This document shows positions 1 to 9,937 of a stretch of 32,000 bases of DNA, piece after piece. The DNA is taken from NCBI RefSeq assembly GCF_000011325.1, contig NC_003450.3, positions 990,001 to 1,022,000 of the forward strand, given 5' to 3'. The position numbers and the translations under genes are program-made. Every line of letters begins with the position of its first letter. Within the stretch, counting starts at the first letter, position 1. A model generated the notes under the pieces. The model was not told the origin of the DNA. It saw only the letters and a list, made by a program, of their open reading frames with translations, and ran no database searches. Origin of the DNA: Corynebacterium glutamicum ATCC 13032. Its GTDB lineage: Bacteria; Actinomycetota; Actinomycetes; Mycobacteriales; Mycobacteriaceae.

Positions 1-708
1 CTCAAAGTCGCTTTCGGGTCGTTCATCGCCGTGAATGAGATTAGTTTTCAGGTGCTGCCCGGTCACGTCCACTTCCTCATCGGTGCCAACGGTGCAGGTA
101 AAACCACCTGCATTGACGCGATCAGCGGATTGGCGCCGGGGCAGGGATCAGTGCAGTTGGATGGCACTGAGATTCTGGGAACCCCTGTGCACCGCATTGC
201 TCGGATGGGTGTGGGGCGAACGTTTCAGACCGCCAGCGTGTTTGAAGAATTGTCTGTGTTGCAGAATCTGGATATTGCGTGCGGGATTCATCGTCCGTTG
301 CGGGCGCTTCTCGGGGTGCGTCATCGGATTGATCCCCGAATTGAACACGCCCTGGAGGTCACGGGTCTTGCTGATCTGGTGAATGCTCAGGCGGGAACCT
401 TGTCGCATGGGCAGAAACAGTGGCTGGAAATTGCAATGTTGCTGGTGCAGGATGCGCAGGTGCTCATGCTGGATGAGCCGGTGGCGGGCATGAGTGAGGA
501 GGAGCGTGTCGCAACGGGTGAGCTTTTGCAGAGGGTTGCGCGGGGACGGGTGGTGTTGGTGGTGGAGCACGATATGGAGTTCATGCGTCGTTTTGCCACT
601 CGCGTCACTGTGATGAATCGCGGCACGATCTTGTGTGAGGGGTCGGTCGATGAGATTCAGGCGAATCCGGATGTGCAGTCCATTTATTTAGGTACGGCAG
701 GGAAGTGA
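1..708 (+). CDS. urtD: ABC transporter ATP-binding protein, LivG/UrtD type (5' end lies outside the window)
   Basis: Frame 1 is open from base 1 (LKVAFGSFIAVNEISFQV...), so the ORF-track start at 31 is internal. Walker A GANGAGKTT, signature LSHGQKQ and Walker B VLMLDEP are present. The symbol comes from my recollection of the C. glutamicum urt cluster preceding pth2. Confidence 0.85.
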   Translation, partial: LKVAFGSFIAVNEISFQVLPGHVHFLIGANGAGKTTCIDAISGLAPGQGSVQLDGTEILGTPVHRIARMGVGRTFQTASVFEELSVLQNLDIACGIHRPLRALLGVRHRIDPRIEHALEVTGLADLVNAQAGTLSHGQKQWLEIAMLLVQDAQVLMLDEPVAGMSEEERVATGELLQRVARGRVVLVVEHDMEFMRRFATRVTVMNRGTILCEGSVDEIQANPDVQSIYLGTAGK

Positions 709-715
709 GTTAGTC

Positions 716-1417
716 ATGTTGGAAATCACTAATTTGTGTGCAGGTTATGGCCGCACGCAGGTACTTCATTCTCTTTCAATCTCCACGAGCAGCAACGGCA
801 TCCTGTCGATCCTCGGCCACAATGGCGCTGGTAAATCCACCTTGCTGCGAACCGCGGTGGGGTTGATTAAGCCGACTTCCGGAGAGGTCAAACTTTTCGG
901 CCAGGATGTCACCTCGTTGTCCACGCATGAGCGAGTAAAGCGCGGAATGGCTTATGTGCCGCAGGGCCAGCAGTCTTTTACGCAGCTTAGTTGCATGGAA
1001 AATTTGCAGGTGGTAGCGGATCTGCAGGGACGTGTGGGCAAGGCACGCATCGCGGAGGCGCTTGATCGCTTTCCGGCGCTGACCCAGGTGCTGGACCGCC
1101 AAGCCGGCCTGTTGTCGGGTGGTCAGCGTCAGCAGCTTGCCATCGCCCGCGCGCTGATCACGGCGCCAAAGCTTTTGCTTCTCGACGAACCCACCGAGGG
1201 TATTCAGCCTTCGGTGGTTGCTGAAATTCAGCAGACCATCATCGATTTGGCTAAGGACGGCATGAGCATTGTCCTGGTGGAGCAAAACATTGGTTTTGCA
1301 TTGGATGCTGCAACAAGCTACGCCATTGTGGCGCGTGGTCAGGTCGTGGAATCGGGACAAGGCGCTGAAACCACCGCAGAGAAGCAGACTAAAGTGCGGG
1401 AATCTCTAGCAATCTAG
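716..1417 (+). CDS. urtE: ABC transporter ATP-binding protein, LivF/UrtE type
   Basis: Walker A GHNGAGKST, AYVPQG motif, signature LSGGQRQ and Walker B LLLLDEP. It starts 8 nt after the preceding ATPase gene. Confidence 0.88.
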   Translation: MLEITNLCAGYGRTQVLHSLSISTSSNGILSILGHNGAGKSTLLRTAVGLIKPTSGEVKLFGQDVTSLSTHERVKRGMAYVPQGQQSFTQLSCMENLQVVADLQGRVGKARIAEALDRFPALTQVLDRQAGLLSGGQRQQLAIARALITAPKLLLLDEPTEGIQPSVVAEIQQTIIDLAKDGMSIVLVEQNIGFALDAATSYAIVARGQVVESGQGAETTAEKQTKVRESLAI

Positions 1418-2028
1418 CGGCTGTGGATAGCGTTTTGCGCAGCAGATAATCCCTGGGCCAGCAGCAAATCCACTGCCTCGGCGGCAAGTTCAATGCCTGG
1501 TTGGTCGTGATCGACTGGTTCCAAAACGTAGTCGGGCACGGCCATTCCTGCTGGTGGTCGTGAAATGCCGATGCGGACGCGCAGGTAGTCTCTGGTGCCG
1601 AGCTCTTCCGTGAGGGATTTCAGGCCGTTGTGACCGTTTTCGTTTCCGCCCTTTTTCAGGCGTACTTTTCCAGCGGGCAGATCGAGCTCGTCGTGGATCA
1701 CGATGATGCGCTCTGCTGGGATACCCAACGCTGCGGCGATCGGTGCGACACCTTGGCCGGAGTGGTTCATAAAAGTGGTGGATCGAACGGCGAGCACCCC
1801 TGGTGCGAGCTGCGTTGTGAGGGCCTTGTAGCCCGTGGCGGGGGTGAGGGGCTGCTGCTGGTGGGCGTCGATAAGCATGTCTTGGCACATGTAACCGACG
1901 TTGTGTCGGGTGGATTCGTACTTGGCGCCGGGGTTGCCCAGGCCCACGACCAGCCATTTGGCGGCGGGAAGTTCAGGCTTGGGGGCAAACAGTGCTTGGA
2001 TTTTAGACAAAAAACTCACGGAAGTCAT
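1414..2028 (-). CDS. pth: peptidyl-tRNA hydrolase (paralog 2)
   Basis: Pth signature VVGLGNPGAKYESTRHNVG, later HDELD and GHNGLKS. 204 aa. Confidence 0.92.
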   Translation of the reverse strand: MTSVSFLSKIQALFAPKPELPAAKWLVVGLGNPGAKYESTRHNVGYMCQDMLIDAHQQQPLTPATGYKALTTQLAPGVLAVRSTTFMNHSGQGVAPIAAALGIPAERIIVIHDELDLPAGKVRLKKGGNENGHNGLKSLTEELGTRDYLRVRIGISRPPAGMAVPDYVLEPVDHDQPGIELAAEAVDLLLAQGLSAAQNAIHSR

Positions 2029-2057
2029 CCTATGGCAGGCGCGCCTAGGATGGTGCC

Positions 2058-3083
2058 ATGAGCATCCTTGACACGTTGAAAACTCCCGTGATTGTCGCCC
2101 CGATGGCTGGCGGCCCGTCCACTCCCGCGTTGGTCAATGCAGCAGCAGAGGCAGGTTCCCTCGGGTTCTTGGCTGGTGGCGTCATGCCTCTTGAGCAGCT
2201 GAAACAGGAATTGTCAGAGGTAAAAGGCGTCTTTGGCGTCAACCTGTTTCGCCCGCAGACGGATGCGCCTAAGCCTTCAGACATTGATGAGCTGGCGGGA
2301 TTGTTGTCCTCGGCGTTTCGGCAATTTGGCCTCGATGAGCCGACGGTGCCTACGCCGGATTTGAGCAATGGGTGGGAGGCTAAATTTGAGGCCGTTCTTG
2401 CCGCTAAGCCCGCCGTTTTTTCCTGCACCTTTGGTATTTTTAGCGCTGAAGAATTCGCCCGGATCAAAGCCACCGGAATTGAGGCGTGGGTGACGGTGAC
2501 CAATCCGGAGGACGCGCTGGCTGCGCAGAAAGCTGGCGCCAACGCGCTTGTCGTGCAAGGCCCCGAGGCGGGTGGGCACCGCTCTACCTGGTCCATTGAA
2601 GTGGAGCCGGACGAGCGCGACCTGAAAACCCTCCTCGCAGCTGTCAAACAAGCGGGCGTTTACCTCCCGCTCATCGCAGCCGGCGGCCTTTCAACCTCCG
2701 CAGACGTGGCAGCAATTTTAGAAGCCGGCGCCAGCGCTGCCTCCTGTGGTTCCGCCTTTTTGCTTAGCGACGAAGCCGGCACCAGCTCACTTAACCGCGA
2801 GATCTTGGACGCCGCCCCAGCACTTGGTTTGGAATCGGTGTCATCTCGCGCATTTTCGGGCCGTTATGCCAGGGGAGTGGAAACCAGGTTCACCCGTTCG
2901 AACGAGGGGTTACCCCCGTTGTACCCATACCTCAACCCAATGATCACATCTTTACGTAAGGTGGCGGGAAGTGCAGGGAACTGGGATTACGCCTACTGCC
3001 TGGTAGGAGTCGGCCTGGAATCGATTGCGAAGGGTAGTGCAAAGCAGATACTGGAATCATTAACACCTTCCGCTTTGGGCTAA
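2058..3083 (+). CDS. nitronate monooxygenase / 2-nitropropane dioxygenase family FMN oxidoreductase
   Basis: N-terminal VIVAPMAGGPSTPALV, GPEAGGH and IAAGG motifs typical of the NMO TIM-barrel family. 341 aa. Confidence 0.85.
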   Translation: MSILDTLKTPVIVAPMAGGPSTPALVNAAAEAGSLGFLAGGVMPLEQLKQELSEVKGVFGVNLFRPQTDAPKPSDIDELAGLLSSAFRQFGLDEPTVPTPDLSNGWEAKFEAVLAAKPAVFSCTFGIFSAEEFARIKATGIEAWVTVTNPEDALAAQKAGANALVVQGPEAGGHRSTWSIEVEPDERDLKTLLAAVKQAGVYLPLIAAGGLSTSADVAAILEAGASAASCGSAFLLSDEAGTSSLNREILDAAPALGLESVSSRAFSGRYARGVETRFTRSNEGLPPLYPYLNPMITSLRKVAGSAGNWDYAYCLVGVGLESIAKGSAKQILESLTPSALG

Positions 3084-3173
3084 TGTTGGGGGGAGTGCTT
3101 TCAACTATCCACGAGAGCTGCCCAGTGATAAACCCCGGGTTAACCCCACGCCTAAGTCAGTGAAGGACTTTTT

Positions 3174-4616
3174 ATGACGCACAACCACAAGGACTGGAAC
3201 GATCGCATTGCAGTTGCGGAGGAAATGGTGCCGTTGATCGGGCGCCTGCACCGCAACAACAACGTGGTGGTTTCCGTATTCGGTCGTCTCCTTGTGAATG
3301 TCTCAGACATCGATATCATCAAGTCTCACCGCTACGCCCGCCACATCATATCCAAGGAACTTCCACTGGAAAGCTCCTTGGATATTTTGCGCGAACTGGT
3401 AGATATGAACCTTGGTACCGCATCGATCGACCTGGGACAGCTGGCCTACAGCTTCGAAGAATCCGAAAGCACCGACCTGCGTGCCTTCCTGGAGGACGCT
3501 CTCGCGCCGGTCATTGGTGCGGAAACCGACATCAACCCAACTGATATCGTGCTGTACGGTTTCGGCCGCATCGGTCGCCTGCTGGCCCGCATCCTGGTTT
3601 CCCGCGAGGCACTGTATGACGGTGCTCGTCTGCGCGCCATCGTGGTCCGCAAAAATGGTGAAGAAGACCTGGTCAAGCGCGCATCCTTGCTGCGTCGTGA
3701 TTCTGTCCACGGTGGATTCGATGGCACCATCACCACCGATTATGACAACAACATCATCTGGGCCAACGGCACCCCAATCAAGGTCATCTACTCCAATGAC
3801 CCAGCCACCATTGATTACACCGAATACGGCATCAATGACGCCGTCGTGGTAGACAACACCGGCCGCTGGCGTGACCGCGAAGGCCTGTCCCAGCACCTCA
3901 AGTCCAAGGGCGTTGCCAAGGTTGTACTCACCGCGCCGGGCAAGGGCGATCTGAAGAACATCGTGTACGGCATCAACCACACCGACATCACCGCAGATGA
4001 TCAGATCGTTTCCGCAGCATCATGCACCACCAATGCCATTACCCCAGTGCTCAAGGTGATCAATGATCGCTACGGCGTGGAATTCGGCCACGTAGAAACC
4101 GTTCACTCCTTCACCAATGACCAGAACCTGATCGACAACTTCCACAAGGGTTCTCGCCGTGGTCGCGCAGCAGGTCTGAATATGGTTCTCACCGAAACCG
4201 GCGCTGCAAAGGCTGTATCCAAGGCGCTTCCAGAGCTGGAAGGCAAGCTCACCGGCAATGCCATCCGCGTTCCTACCCCTGACGTGTCCATGGCTGTGCT
4301 CAACTTGACCCTGAACACGGAGGTGGACCGCGATGAGGTCAACGAGTTCCTCCGCCGTGTGTCCCTGCACTCTGACTTGCGCCAGCAAATCGACTGGATC
4401 CGTTCCCCAGAGGTTGTTTCCACTGACTTCGTGGGCACCACCCACGCGGGCATCGTTGATGGTCTAGCCACCATCGCAACCGGTCGCCACCTGGTGCTTT
4501 ACGTGTGGTACGACAACGAGTTCGGCTACTCCAACCAGGTCATTCGCATCGTCGAGGAGATCGCCGGCGTGCGTCCTCGCGTGTACCCGGAGCGCAGGCA
4601 GCCAGCCGTACTATAG
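3174..4616 (+). CDS. gapB: glyceraldehyde-3-phosphate dehydrogenase, long 480-aa form
   Basis: NAD(P)-binding GFGRIGR, catalytic SCTTN, and C-terminal WYDNEFGYS. The roughly 120-aa N-terminal extension matches the second GAPDH (gapX/gapB) of corynebacteria. RBS gaagga lies upstream. Confidence 0.93.
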   Translation: MTHNHKDWNDRIAVAEEMVPLIGRLHRNNNVVVSVFGRLLVNVSDIDIIKSHRYARHIISKELPLESSLDILRELVDMNLGTASIDLGQLAYSFEESESTDLRAFLEDALAPVIGAETDINPTDIVLYGFGRIGRLLARILVSREALYDGARLRAIVVRKNGEEDLVKRASLLRRDSVHGGFDGTITTDYDNNIIWANGTPIKVIYSNDPATIDYTEYGINDAVVVDNTGRWRDREGLSQHLKSKGVAKVVLTAPGKGDLKNIVYGINHTDITADDQIVSAASCTTNAITPVLKVINDRYGVEFGHVETVHSFTNDQNLIDNFHKGSRRGRAAGLNMVLTETGAAKAVSKALPELEGKLTGNAIRVPTPDVSMAVLNLTLNTEVDRDEVNEFLRRVSLHSDLRQQIDWIRSPEVVSTDFVGTTHAGIVDGLATIATGRHLVLYVWYDNEFGYSNQVIRIVEEIAGVRPRVYPERRQPAVL

Positions 4617-4649
4617 GTTATCCAAGCCTAATACACTACGATTAGGCAT

Positions 4650-4841
4650 ATGAGTAAGCGTAAGTCACGGGTGAAAGTTACCCACAATCCATTGGGCATG
4701 AAAGTCAAAGACACGTGCTGTCGCAAAACGCCGCGCTGCACCAACTGCCCAGTGGTGTACACACGCTTACTCAAATCCGGGGTCTTAGAAAACGACGACG
4801 CCGACCTGCCGCGCCGCCTCAAAGAGGCGCGGCGCAAGTAG
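4650..4841 (+). CDS. small basic cysteine-rich hypothetical protein (63 aa, CC-x6-C-x2-C)
   Basis: ATG-initiated ORF between gapB and the convergent pth1. It has a four-Cys cluster CCRKTPRCTNC and K/R-rich termini. No family recognised, and the SD is weak. Confidence 0.4.
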   Translation: MSKRKSRVKVTHNPLGMKVKDTCCRKTPRCTNCPVVYTRLLKSGVLENDDADLPRRLKEARRK

Positions 4842-5384
4842 CTAGCCCTGCTGCAAATGCTTTTCGACGAGATCTGCAGCGTCAGCCGCCATGATGGGAA
4901 TATCCGCCAGTTCTTGCTTGCCAAAAGGCTTCAACACAAAACTTGCCGGATCCATCCGACCCGGTGGCCTACCGATACCCATGCTGAGCTTCCAATAGTC
5001 CTTAGTTCCCAAAGATTTGGACGTGGATTTCAGACCATTGTGCCCATGATCCCCGCCACCCTGACGTAGCTTCACTGAGCCGAAATCAAGCTCCAATTCA
5101 TCATGCACCACGATGACATTGGCTGGGGAAATCTTAAAGAAGTCACACAGCGCCCGAATCGGAGTTCCCGACAGGTTCATAAAGCTGCGCGGCTTGGCCA
5201 CAATTAGCCCAGGAAGCTGCGCGATATCGGTGTTGGAGCGCTTGTGCACACTAAATGATCCAAAGCTGCGCGACACTAGTTCTTCTGCAACCTCAAAGCC
5301 AATATTGTGGCGGGTGCCAACGTATTTCGGGCCGGGATTTCCCAGGCCAACAACTAAAAGGGGAGAGTTATTCACATCCCCCAT
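4842..5384 (-). CDS. pth: peptidyl-tRNA hydrolase (paralog 1)
   Basis: VVGLGNPGPKYVGTRHNIG, HDELE and GHNGLKS. The ORF-track start at 5444 adds a non-conserved Cys/Trp-rich 20 aa. I place the start at ATG 5384, with GTG 5375 as an alternative. It lies downstream of rplY, as in many bacteria. Confidence 0.88.
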   Translation of the reverse strand: MGDVNNSPLLVVGLGNPGPKYVGTRHNIGFEVAEELVSRSFGSFSVHKRSNTDIAQLPGLIVAKPRSFMNLSGTPIRALCDFFKISPANVIVVHDELELDFGSVKLRQGGGDHGHNGLKSTSKSLGTKDYWKLSMGIGRPPGRMDPASFVLKPFGKQELADIPIMAADAADLVEKHLQQG

Positions 5385-5523
5385 CCAACCATGAGTCCAC
5401 CACAAGCAAAAACAGGCCCCGCCACCATGTGAGGAAACCTCCATGATGATCGTGCACTGTCATCACTTTAAATTTCCCCGCACGGCAACGAGGCCCGCGA
5501 AAGATAAAGCTATCTAAAAAAGC

Positions 5524-6126
5524 TTACTCAGTAGCTGCTTCTTCAGCTGCTTCGTCCTCTTCGGTGTCTTCTTCCTCGACAGCTGGGAGAACGATGTTGA
5601 CGATGAGGGTCTCAGGATCCTCAACCAGGGTGGTGTCGCCCTCGAGCTTGATGTCAGCTGCGGTGATCTGTGCGCCGAGCTCAAGGCCTTCGATGGAAAC
5701 GGTGAACTCTTCAGGGATGGACAGAACGTCAGCCTCAACCTTGATGGTGTCAGCATCCTGAACCCACATGGTGCCTGGAGCTGGCTCGCCCTCGACGATA
5801 ACTGGAACGTCAACCTCAACCTTTTCGCCGCGCTTAATGGCAAGCAGGTCCAAGTGGTCGATGTGGAAGGTCAGCACGTTCTGGTCGATGTGCTTGATCA
5901 TGGTGAGCTGCTTCTGGCCCTCGATGTCGAGCTCAAGAACAGCGTTTACGCCTTCCTGGCGAACCAGCGCAGCGAAGGTGCGGTGGTCGATGGTGACGTG
6001 CAGGTTGGACTCAACATCTGCGCCGTAAACAACAGCAGGGATCTGGCCAGCAACGCGTGCACGACGTGCAGAGCCCTTGCCGAACTCAGAGCGGACAGCA
6101 GCCTCAATGGTTTGGTACTTTGCCAT
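5524..6126 (-). CDS. rplY: 50S ribosomal protein L25 / general stress protein Ctc
   Basis: N-terminal ARRARVAGQIPAVVYG motif, acidic C-terminal tail, codon usage typical of highly expressed genes. 200 aa. Confidence 0.93.
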   Translation of the reverse strand: MAKYQTIEAAVRSEFGKGSARRARVAGQIPAVVYGADVESNLHVTIDHRTFAALVRQEGVNAVLELDIEGQKQLTMIKHIDQNVLTFHIDHLDLLAIKRGEKVEVDVPVIVEGEPAPGTMWVQDADTIKVEADVLSIPEEFTVSIEGLELGAQITAADIKLEGDTTLVEDPETLIVNIVLPAVEEEDTEEDEAAEEAATE

Positions 6127-6401
6127 AGTGATTTCTCCTCATGGATGAAGGTGGACACTCGGCCGCGAAAATAAAAAATGCCCGCGACCGACTCGAATGT
6201 CTTGGTCGAGTCTTCGCAGGCAGCGCACAAAAGTGCACTTTAGAAGTCTAGATCGCGTCGATAACGGTTGAGCACTAGAAGTACTTGACCCTCGCCGAGA
6301 CCTAAATATGCTAGCACGATGGCCAAACCTAATCCAAAAACCGGCAGTATACTGATTGGGGTCACATTAGCCAAAAGGCACTTTGAGGAAGTGGAACTCC
6401 T

Positions 6402-6833
6402 ATGGCACGACTTCAGCACGACATGATTTTCATCAACCTACCAGTATCTGACCTTGCAGCATCTAAGCGTTTTTATGCAGGTCTTGGCTTCAAAGAAAAC
6501 ACCGTCTTCAGTGATGAGCACACTGCATCTTTTGAGGTCAGTGACGCCATCGTGGTGATGCTTCTGGAAACCGCGCGCTTCAGTGATTTCACTAAGCGCC
6601 CCATCGTGGAGAAGAACGGCTCCCGCGAAGTGCTCAACTGCCTGTCTGTATGTTCCACCGAGGATGCGGATGAGTTCGTGCGTCGCGCCCAGGAATTCGG
6701 AGGCACGATCACCCGTGAGCTTGCAGCGGAAGGCCCCATGTACGGCGGAGCTTTTGATGATCCAGATGGACACGGTTGGGAGCTGATGTACTTCGATCCA
6801 GAGGCACTCGCTCAGATGATGCCTGAGGGCTAA
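6402..6833 (+). CDS. VOC (glyoxalase/bleomycin-resistance/dioxygenase) family protein
   Basis: 143 aa. The pattern FYAGLGF...DPDGHGWELM is typical of VOC-fold proteins. Confidence 0.8.
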   Translation: MARLQHDMIFINLPVSDLAASKRFYAGLGFKENTVFSDEHTASFEVSDAIVVMLLETARFSDFTKRPIVEKNGSREVLNCLSVCSTEDADEFVRRAQEFGGTITRELAAEGPMYGGAFDDPDGHGWELMYFDPEALAQMMPEG

Positions 6834-7456
6834 ATATTCTTCAGGGCTTCTCGCCGGCTCAGTGGGGAAAGGTCCGTGGCGTCGACAAAAGCCCGGACCC
6901 AGCTGGGGTCGTGGCGGGCGAAATCCCGCAGTGCCCAGCCGATCGCTTTGTTGATGAAGAACTCGCTGGAGCCGAGGTTCTGCTCGATGATCCAGGCCAG
7001 CAGGGCAGCGTCGGTGTTTTTCTTGCGGCCCAGTTGGTGGATGATCGCGATGCGGCGCACCCAGAAGTCCTCATCAAGCGCCCACGTTTTCATCAGATCA
7101 TCATCGTGTTTGGCGCCGATCGGTTTTGCTAGGGAATCGACGGTGTCCCACCAGGATTTGGTCTGCACTAATGCTTTGGCAAAACCTAGATCGGTGATGC
7201 CGACGCGATTGATGTGATCGCAGGCGACATACTGGTATTCCCGTTCAGCTGCGCCAAAGCAGTCTGAGACAAAGTCAGTGTCCAACTCTTTTAGCGCGGA
7301 CAGCACGGGTTTGCAGGCTTCTTTTCTGGGGGTGGATGGGATGCCGAGAAAAGAAAACTGATCCCGCATGTAGCTTGCCATTCCGGTGGCACGTGCGGGA
7401 TCAGCTAGAGGTTCCAATGCCAACCGGACGCGGTTGAAGACGTCCGTGGTGGGCAT
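6830..7456 (-). CDS. DNA alkylation repair protein (AlkD-like HEAT-repeat family)
   Basis: Motifs SWWDTVD, FWVRRIAIIHQL and NKAIGWALRDFAR are characteristic of the DNA alkylation repair enzyme family. 208 aa. Confidence 0.82.
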   Translation of the reverse strand: MPTTDVFNRVRLALEPLADPARATGMASYMRDQFSFLGIPSTPRKEACKPVLSALKELDTDFVSDCFGAAEREYQYVACDHINRVGITDLGFAKALVQTKSWWDTVDSLAKPIGAKHDDDLMKTWALDEDFWVRRIAIIHQLGRKKNTDAALLAWIIEQNLGSSEFFINKAIGWALRDFARHDPSWVRAFVDATDLSPLSRREALKNI

Positions 7457-7462
7457 GGGTGT

Positions 7463-8440
7463 TTAGGCCTCGCCCTCGAAGAGGGTGGTGACGGAACCGT
7501 TTTCGAAGATCTCGTTGATGGTGCGAGCCAGCAGCGGTGCGATCGACAAAACGGTCAGGTTGCTCCAGCCCTCGGTGGACTGTGGCAGGGTGTCGGTGGT
7601 GATGACTTCTTCAGCACCGCATGCAGACAGGCGCTCGCGGGCTGGGTCAGAGAACACACCGTGGGTGCAGGCGATGACGACTGACTTTGCGCCAGCCTTC
7701 TTCAGGACGCCCACAGCGCCGGCGATGGTGCCGCCAGTGTCGATCATGTCGTCGAGAAGCACGCAGTCCTTGCCGTCGACGTCACCGACGACGCGGTTGG
7801 CGACAACCTGGTTTGCTACCTCGGTGGAGCGGGTCTTGTGCACGAACGCCATTGGGGCATCGCCCAAGGTGTTAGCCCACTTCTCTGCAACCTTCACGCG
7901 ACCTGCGTCAGGGGAGACCACGCAGATGTTGTCCAGGTTGTAGTTTTCCTTGATGTGATCGGTGAGGATCGGCATGGCGTGCATGTGATCGACTGGGCCG
8001 TCGAAGAAGCCCTGGATCTGATCGGTGTGCAAGTCCACGGACACGATACGGTCCGCGCCAGCGGTGAGCATGAGGTCGGCGATGAGGCGAGCAGAAATTG
8101 GCTCGCGGCCGCGGTGCTTCTTGTCCTGGCGGGCATATGGGTAGAACGGCAGGATCGCGGTGATGCGCTTTGCGGAACCACGCTTCAAAGCGTCGATCAT
8201 CAGCAGCTGTTCCATGAGCCACTTGTTGAGAGGCTGGGTGTGGGACTGCAGGACGAAGCAGTCGGAGCCACGAACTGATTCCTCGAAGCGGACGTAGATT
8301 TCACCGTTGGCGAAATCGCGTGCCGTCATTGGGGTGACGTTGACGTCGAGCTCTTTAGCTACAGCTTCTGCCAGTTCTGGGTGCGCACGACCCGAAAACA
8401 GCATGAGGTTCTTTTGGTTTTGTTTCCAGTGAGCAGTCAT
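7463..8440 (-). CDS. prs: ribose-phosphate pyrophosphokinase (PRPP synthetase)
   Basis: LFSGRAHPELA, YARQDKK and the PRPP-binding loop DDMIDTGGT. 325 aa. Confidence 0.95.
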   Translation of the reverse strand: MTAHWKQNQKNLMLFSGRAHPELAEAVAKELDVNVTPMTARDFANGEIYVRFEESVRGSDCFVLQSHTQPLNKWLMEQLLMIDALKRGSAKRITAILPFYPYARQDKKHRGREPISARLIADLMLTAGADRIVSVDLHTDQIQGFFDGPVDHMHAMPILTDHIKENYNLDNICVVSPDAGRVKVAEKWANTLGDAPMAFVHKTRSTEVANQVVANRVVGDVDGKDCVLLDDMIDTGGTIAGAVGVLKKAGAKSVVIACTHGVFSDPARERLSACGAEEVITTDTLPQSTEGWSNLTVLSIAPLLARTINEIFENGSVTTLFEGEA

Positions 8441-8451
8441 GAGGATCCTGC

Positions 8452-9909
8452 TTAGCCTTCCTGGTTGTGGACGTTTTGGGCGGCTTCTGCGGCTTGTGCT
8501 GCAGCGGTTCCAGGGCGCTTCTTTTGCACCCAGCCTTCGATGTTTCGTTGGCGTCCGCCGGACACGGCAAGGGCTCCTGGCGGAACATCGTCTTTAATTA
8601 CTGTACCGGCTCCGGAATACGCTCCGTCACCCACGGTCACTGGAGCGATAAACATGGTGTCAGAACCAGTGCGAACGTGGCTGCCGATGGTGGTGTGGTG
8701 CTTGTTTTCACCGTCGTAGTTCACGAAGACAGAGGAGGCTCCGATGTTGGATTCCTCGCCGATGGTGGCGTCGCCGACATAGGTGAGGTGTGGAACCTTG
8801 GAGCCACGGCCGATTGTGGCCTTCTTGGTTTCTACGAAGCCACCGAGCTTGCCTTCTGGTCCCAGTGTGGTTCCTGGGCGGATGTAGGTGAAGGGGCCAA
8901 CGGTGGCGTTTTCACCGATGGTGGAGTCGAAACCGTGGGTGCGGATTACGGATGCGCCGTCGCCGATGGTCATGTTGGTCAAGGTGGTGTCTGGACCAAC
9001 TTCAACGCGGTCTCCGATGACAGTTTCGCCCTTGAGCTGGGTGCCAGGGTGGATGATCACGTCGCGGCCGATAGAAACCTCCACATCGATCCAGGTGGTT
9101 GCTGGATCAACGATGGTTGCGCCACCACGCATAGCGGCGATGACGGTGCGACGGTTTAGTTCGGCGCCGGCTTCTGCGAGCTGCACACGATCGTTGACAC
9201 CGGCGAGTTCACGAGCATCGGCGGCGGTGTGGGCGCGCACTGGGTGGCCCTCGCCACGAGCAATGCCCAATACGTCGGTCAGGTACAGCTCGCCCTGAGC
9301 GTTGTCGGACTTCAGTTCAGCCAGTGCGGAACGCAAGATGGCGGCGTCGAAAGCAAAGACACCGGAGTTGACCTCATCGATGGCTTGGACTTCTGCTGAA
9401 GCATCTTTTTGCTCAACGATGGCGGTGACTTCGCCTTCTTCGTTGCGCACGATGCGGCCGTAGCCGGTGGGGTCATCCAGACGCATGGTCAACACGGTGA
9501 CAGCGGTTGGAACTTCCACGTGTGCATCCAGCAGTGCAGACAGAGTGTGGTCGGTGAGCAGGGGAACATCGCCGTTGGTGACAATGATCGTGCCTTCAAA
9601 GCCCTCGAGCTGATCCATGGCGCACTGCACAGCGTGTCCCGTGCCATTTTGTTCCTCTTGGATAGCGATGAGGACTTCCCGGTCCAGTTCTTCTGCAACC
9701 TGGGCAACGGCTGGACCCACCTGGTCGCGTCCATGTCCAATTACTGCAACAATGTGCTCGGGATTAAGCCCGGCAGCTGCATGCAAGCTATGTGAAATGA
9801 GACTGCGTCCACCGATGCTATGCAACGTTTTTTGTAAGTCTGATTTCATTCGGGTTCCGGCACCAGCTGCCAAAACGACAACTGCGCTCGAGAAATCGCT
9901 TGCGCTCAA
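8452..9909 (-). CDS. glmU: bifunctional UDP-N-acetylglucosamine pyrophosphorylase / glucosamine-1-phosphate N-acetyltransferase
   Basis: N-terminal [11 protein letters not shown] nucleotidyltransferase motif, followed by a C-terminal left-handed beta-helix hexapeptide repeat region. 485 aa, directly upstream of prs. Confidence 0.95.
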   Translation of the reverse strand: MSASDFSSAVVVLAAGAGTRMKSDLQKTLHSIGGRSLISHSLHAAAGLNPEHIVAVIGHGRDQVGPAVAQVAEELDREVLIAIQEEQNGTGHAVQCAMDQLEGFEGTIIVTNGDVPLLTDHTLSALLDAHVEVPTAVTVLTMRLDDPTGYGRIVRNEEGEVTAIVEQKDASAEVQAIDEVNSGVFAFDAAILRSALAELKSDNAQGELYLTDVLGIARGEGHPVRAHTAADARELAGVNDRVQLAEAGAELNRRTVIAAMRGGATIVDPATTWIDVEVSIGRDVIIHPGTQLKGETVIGDRVEVGPDTTLTNMTIGDGASVIRTHGFDSTIGENATVGPFTYIRPGTTLGPEGKLGGFVETKKATIGRGSKVPHLTYVGDATIGEESNIGASSVFVNYDGENKHHTTIGSHVRTGSDTMFIAPVTVGDGAYSGAGTVIKDDVPPGALAVSGGRQRNIEGWVQKKRPGTAAAQAAEAAQNVHNQEG

Positions 9910-9937
9910 GATTATCTCAAATCCTTAAAAGTTCTTG

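Noticed and set aside
4628-4924. 98-aa minus-strand ORF overlapping the pth1 3' end and the small Cys-rich ORF
   Set aside because: It overlaps the conserved pth1 coding region in another frame and has no recognisable features.
5385-5444. 20-codon N-terminal extension of pth1 (MEVSSHGGGACFCLWWTHGW)
   Set aside because: It does not resemble Pth N-termini. The conserved domain begins right after the internal ATG/GTG, so I used the shorter start.
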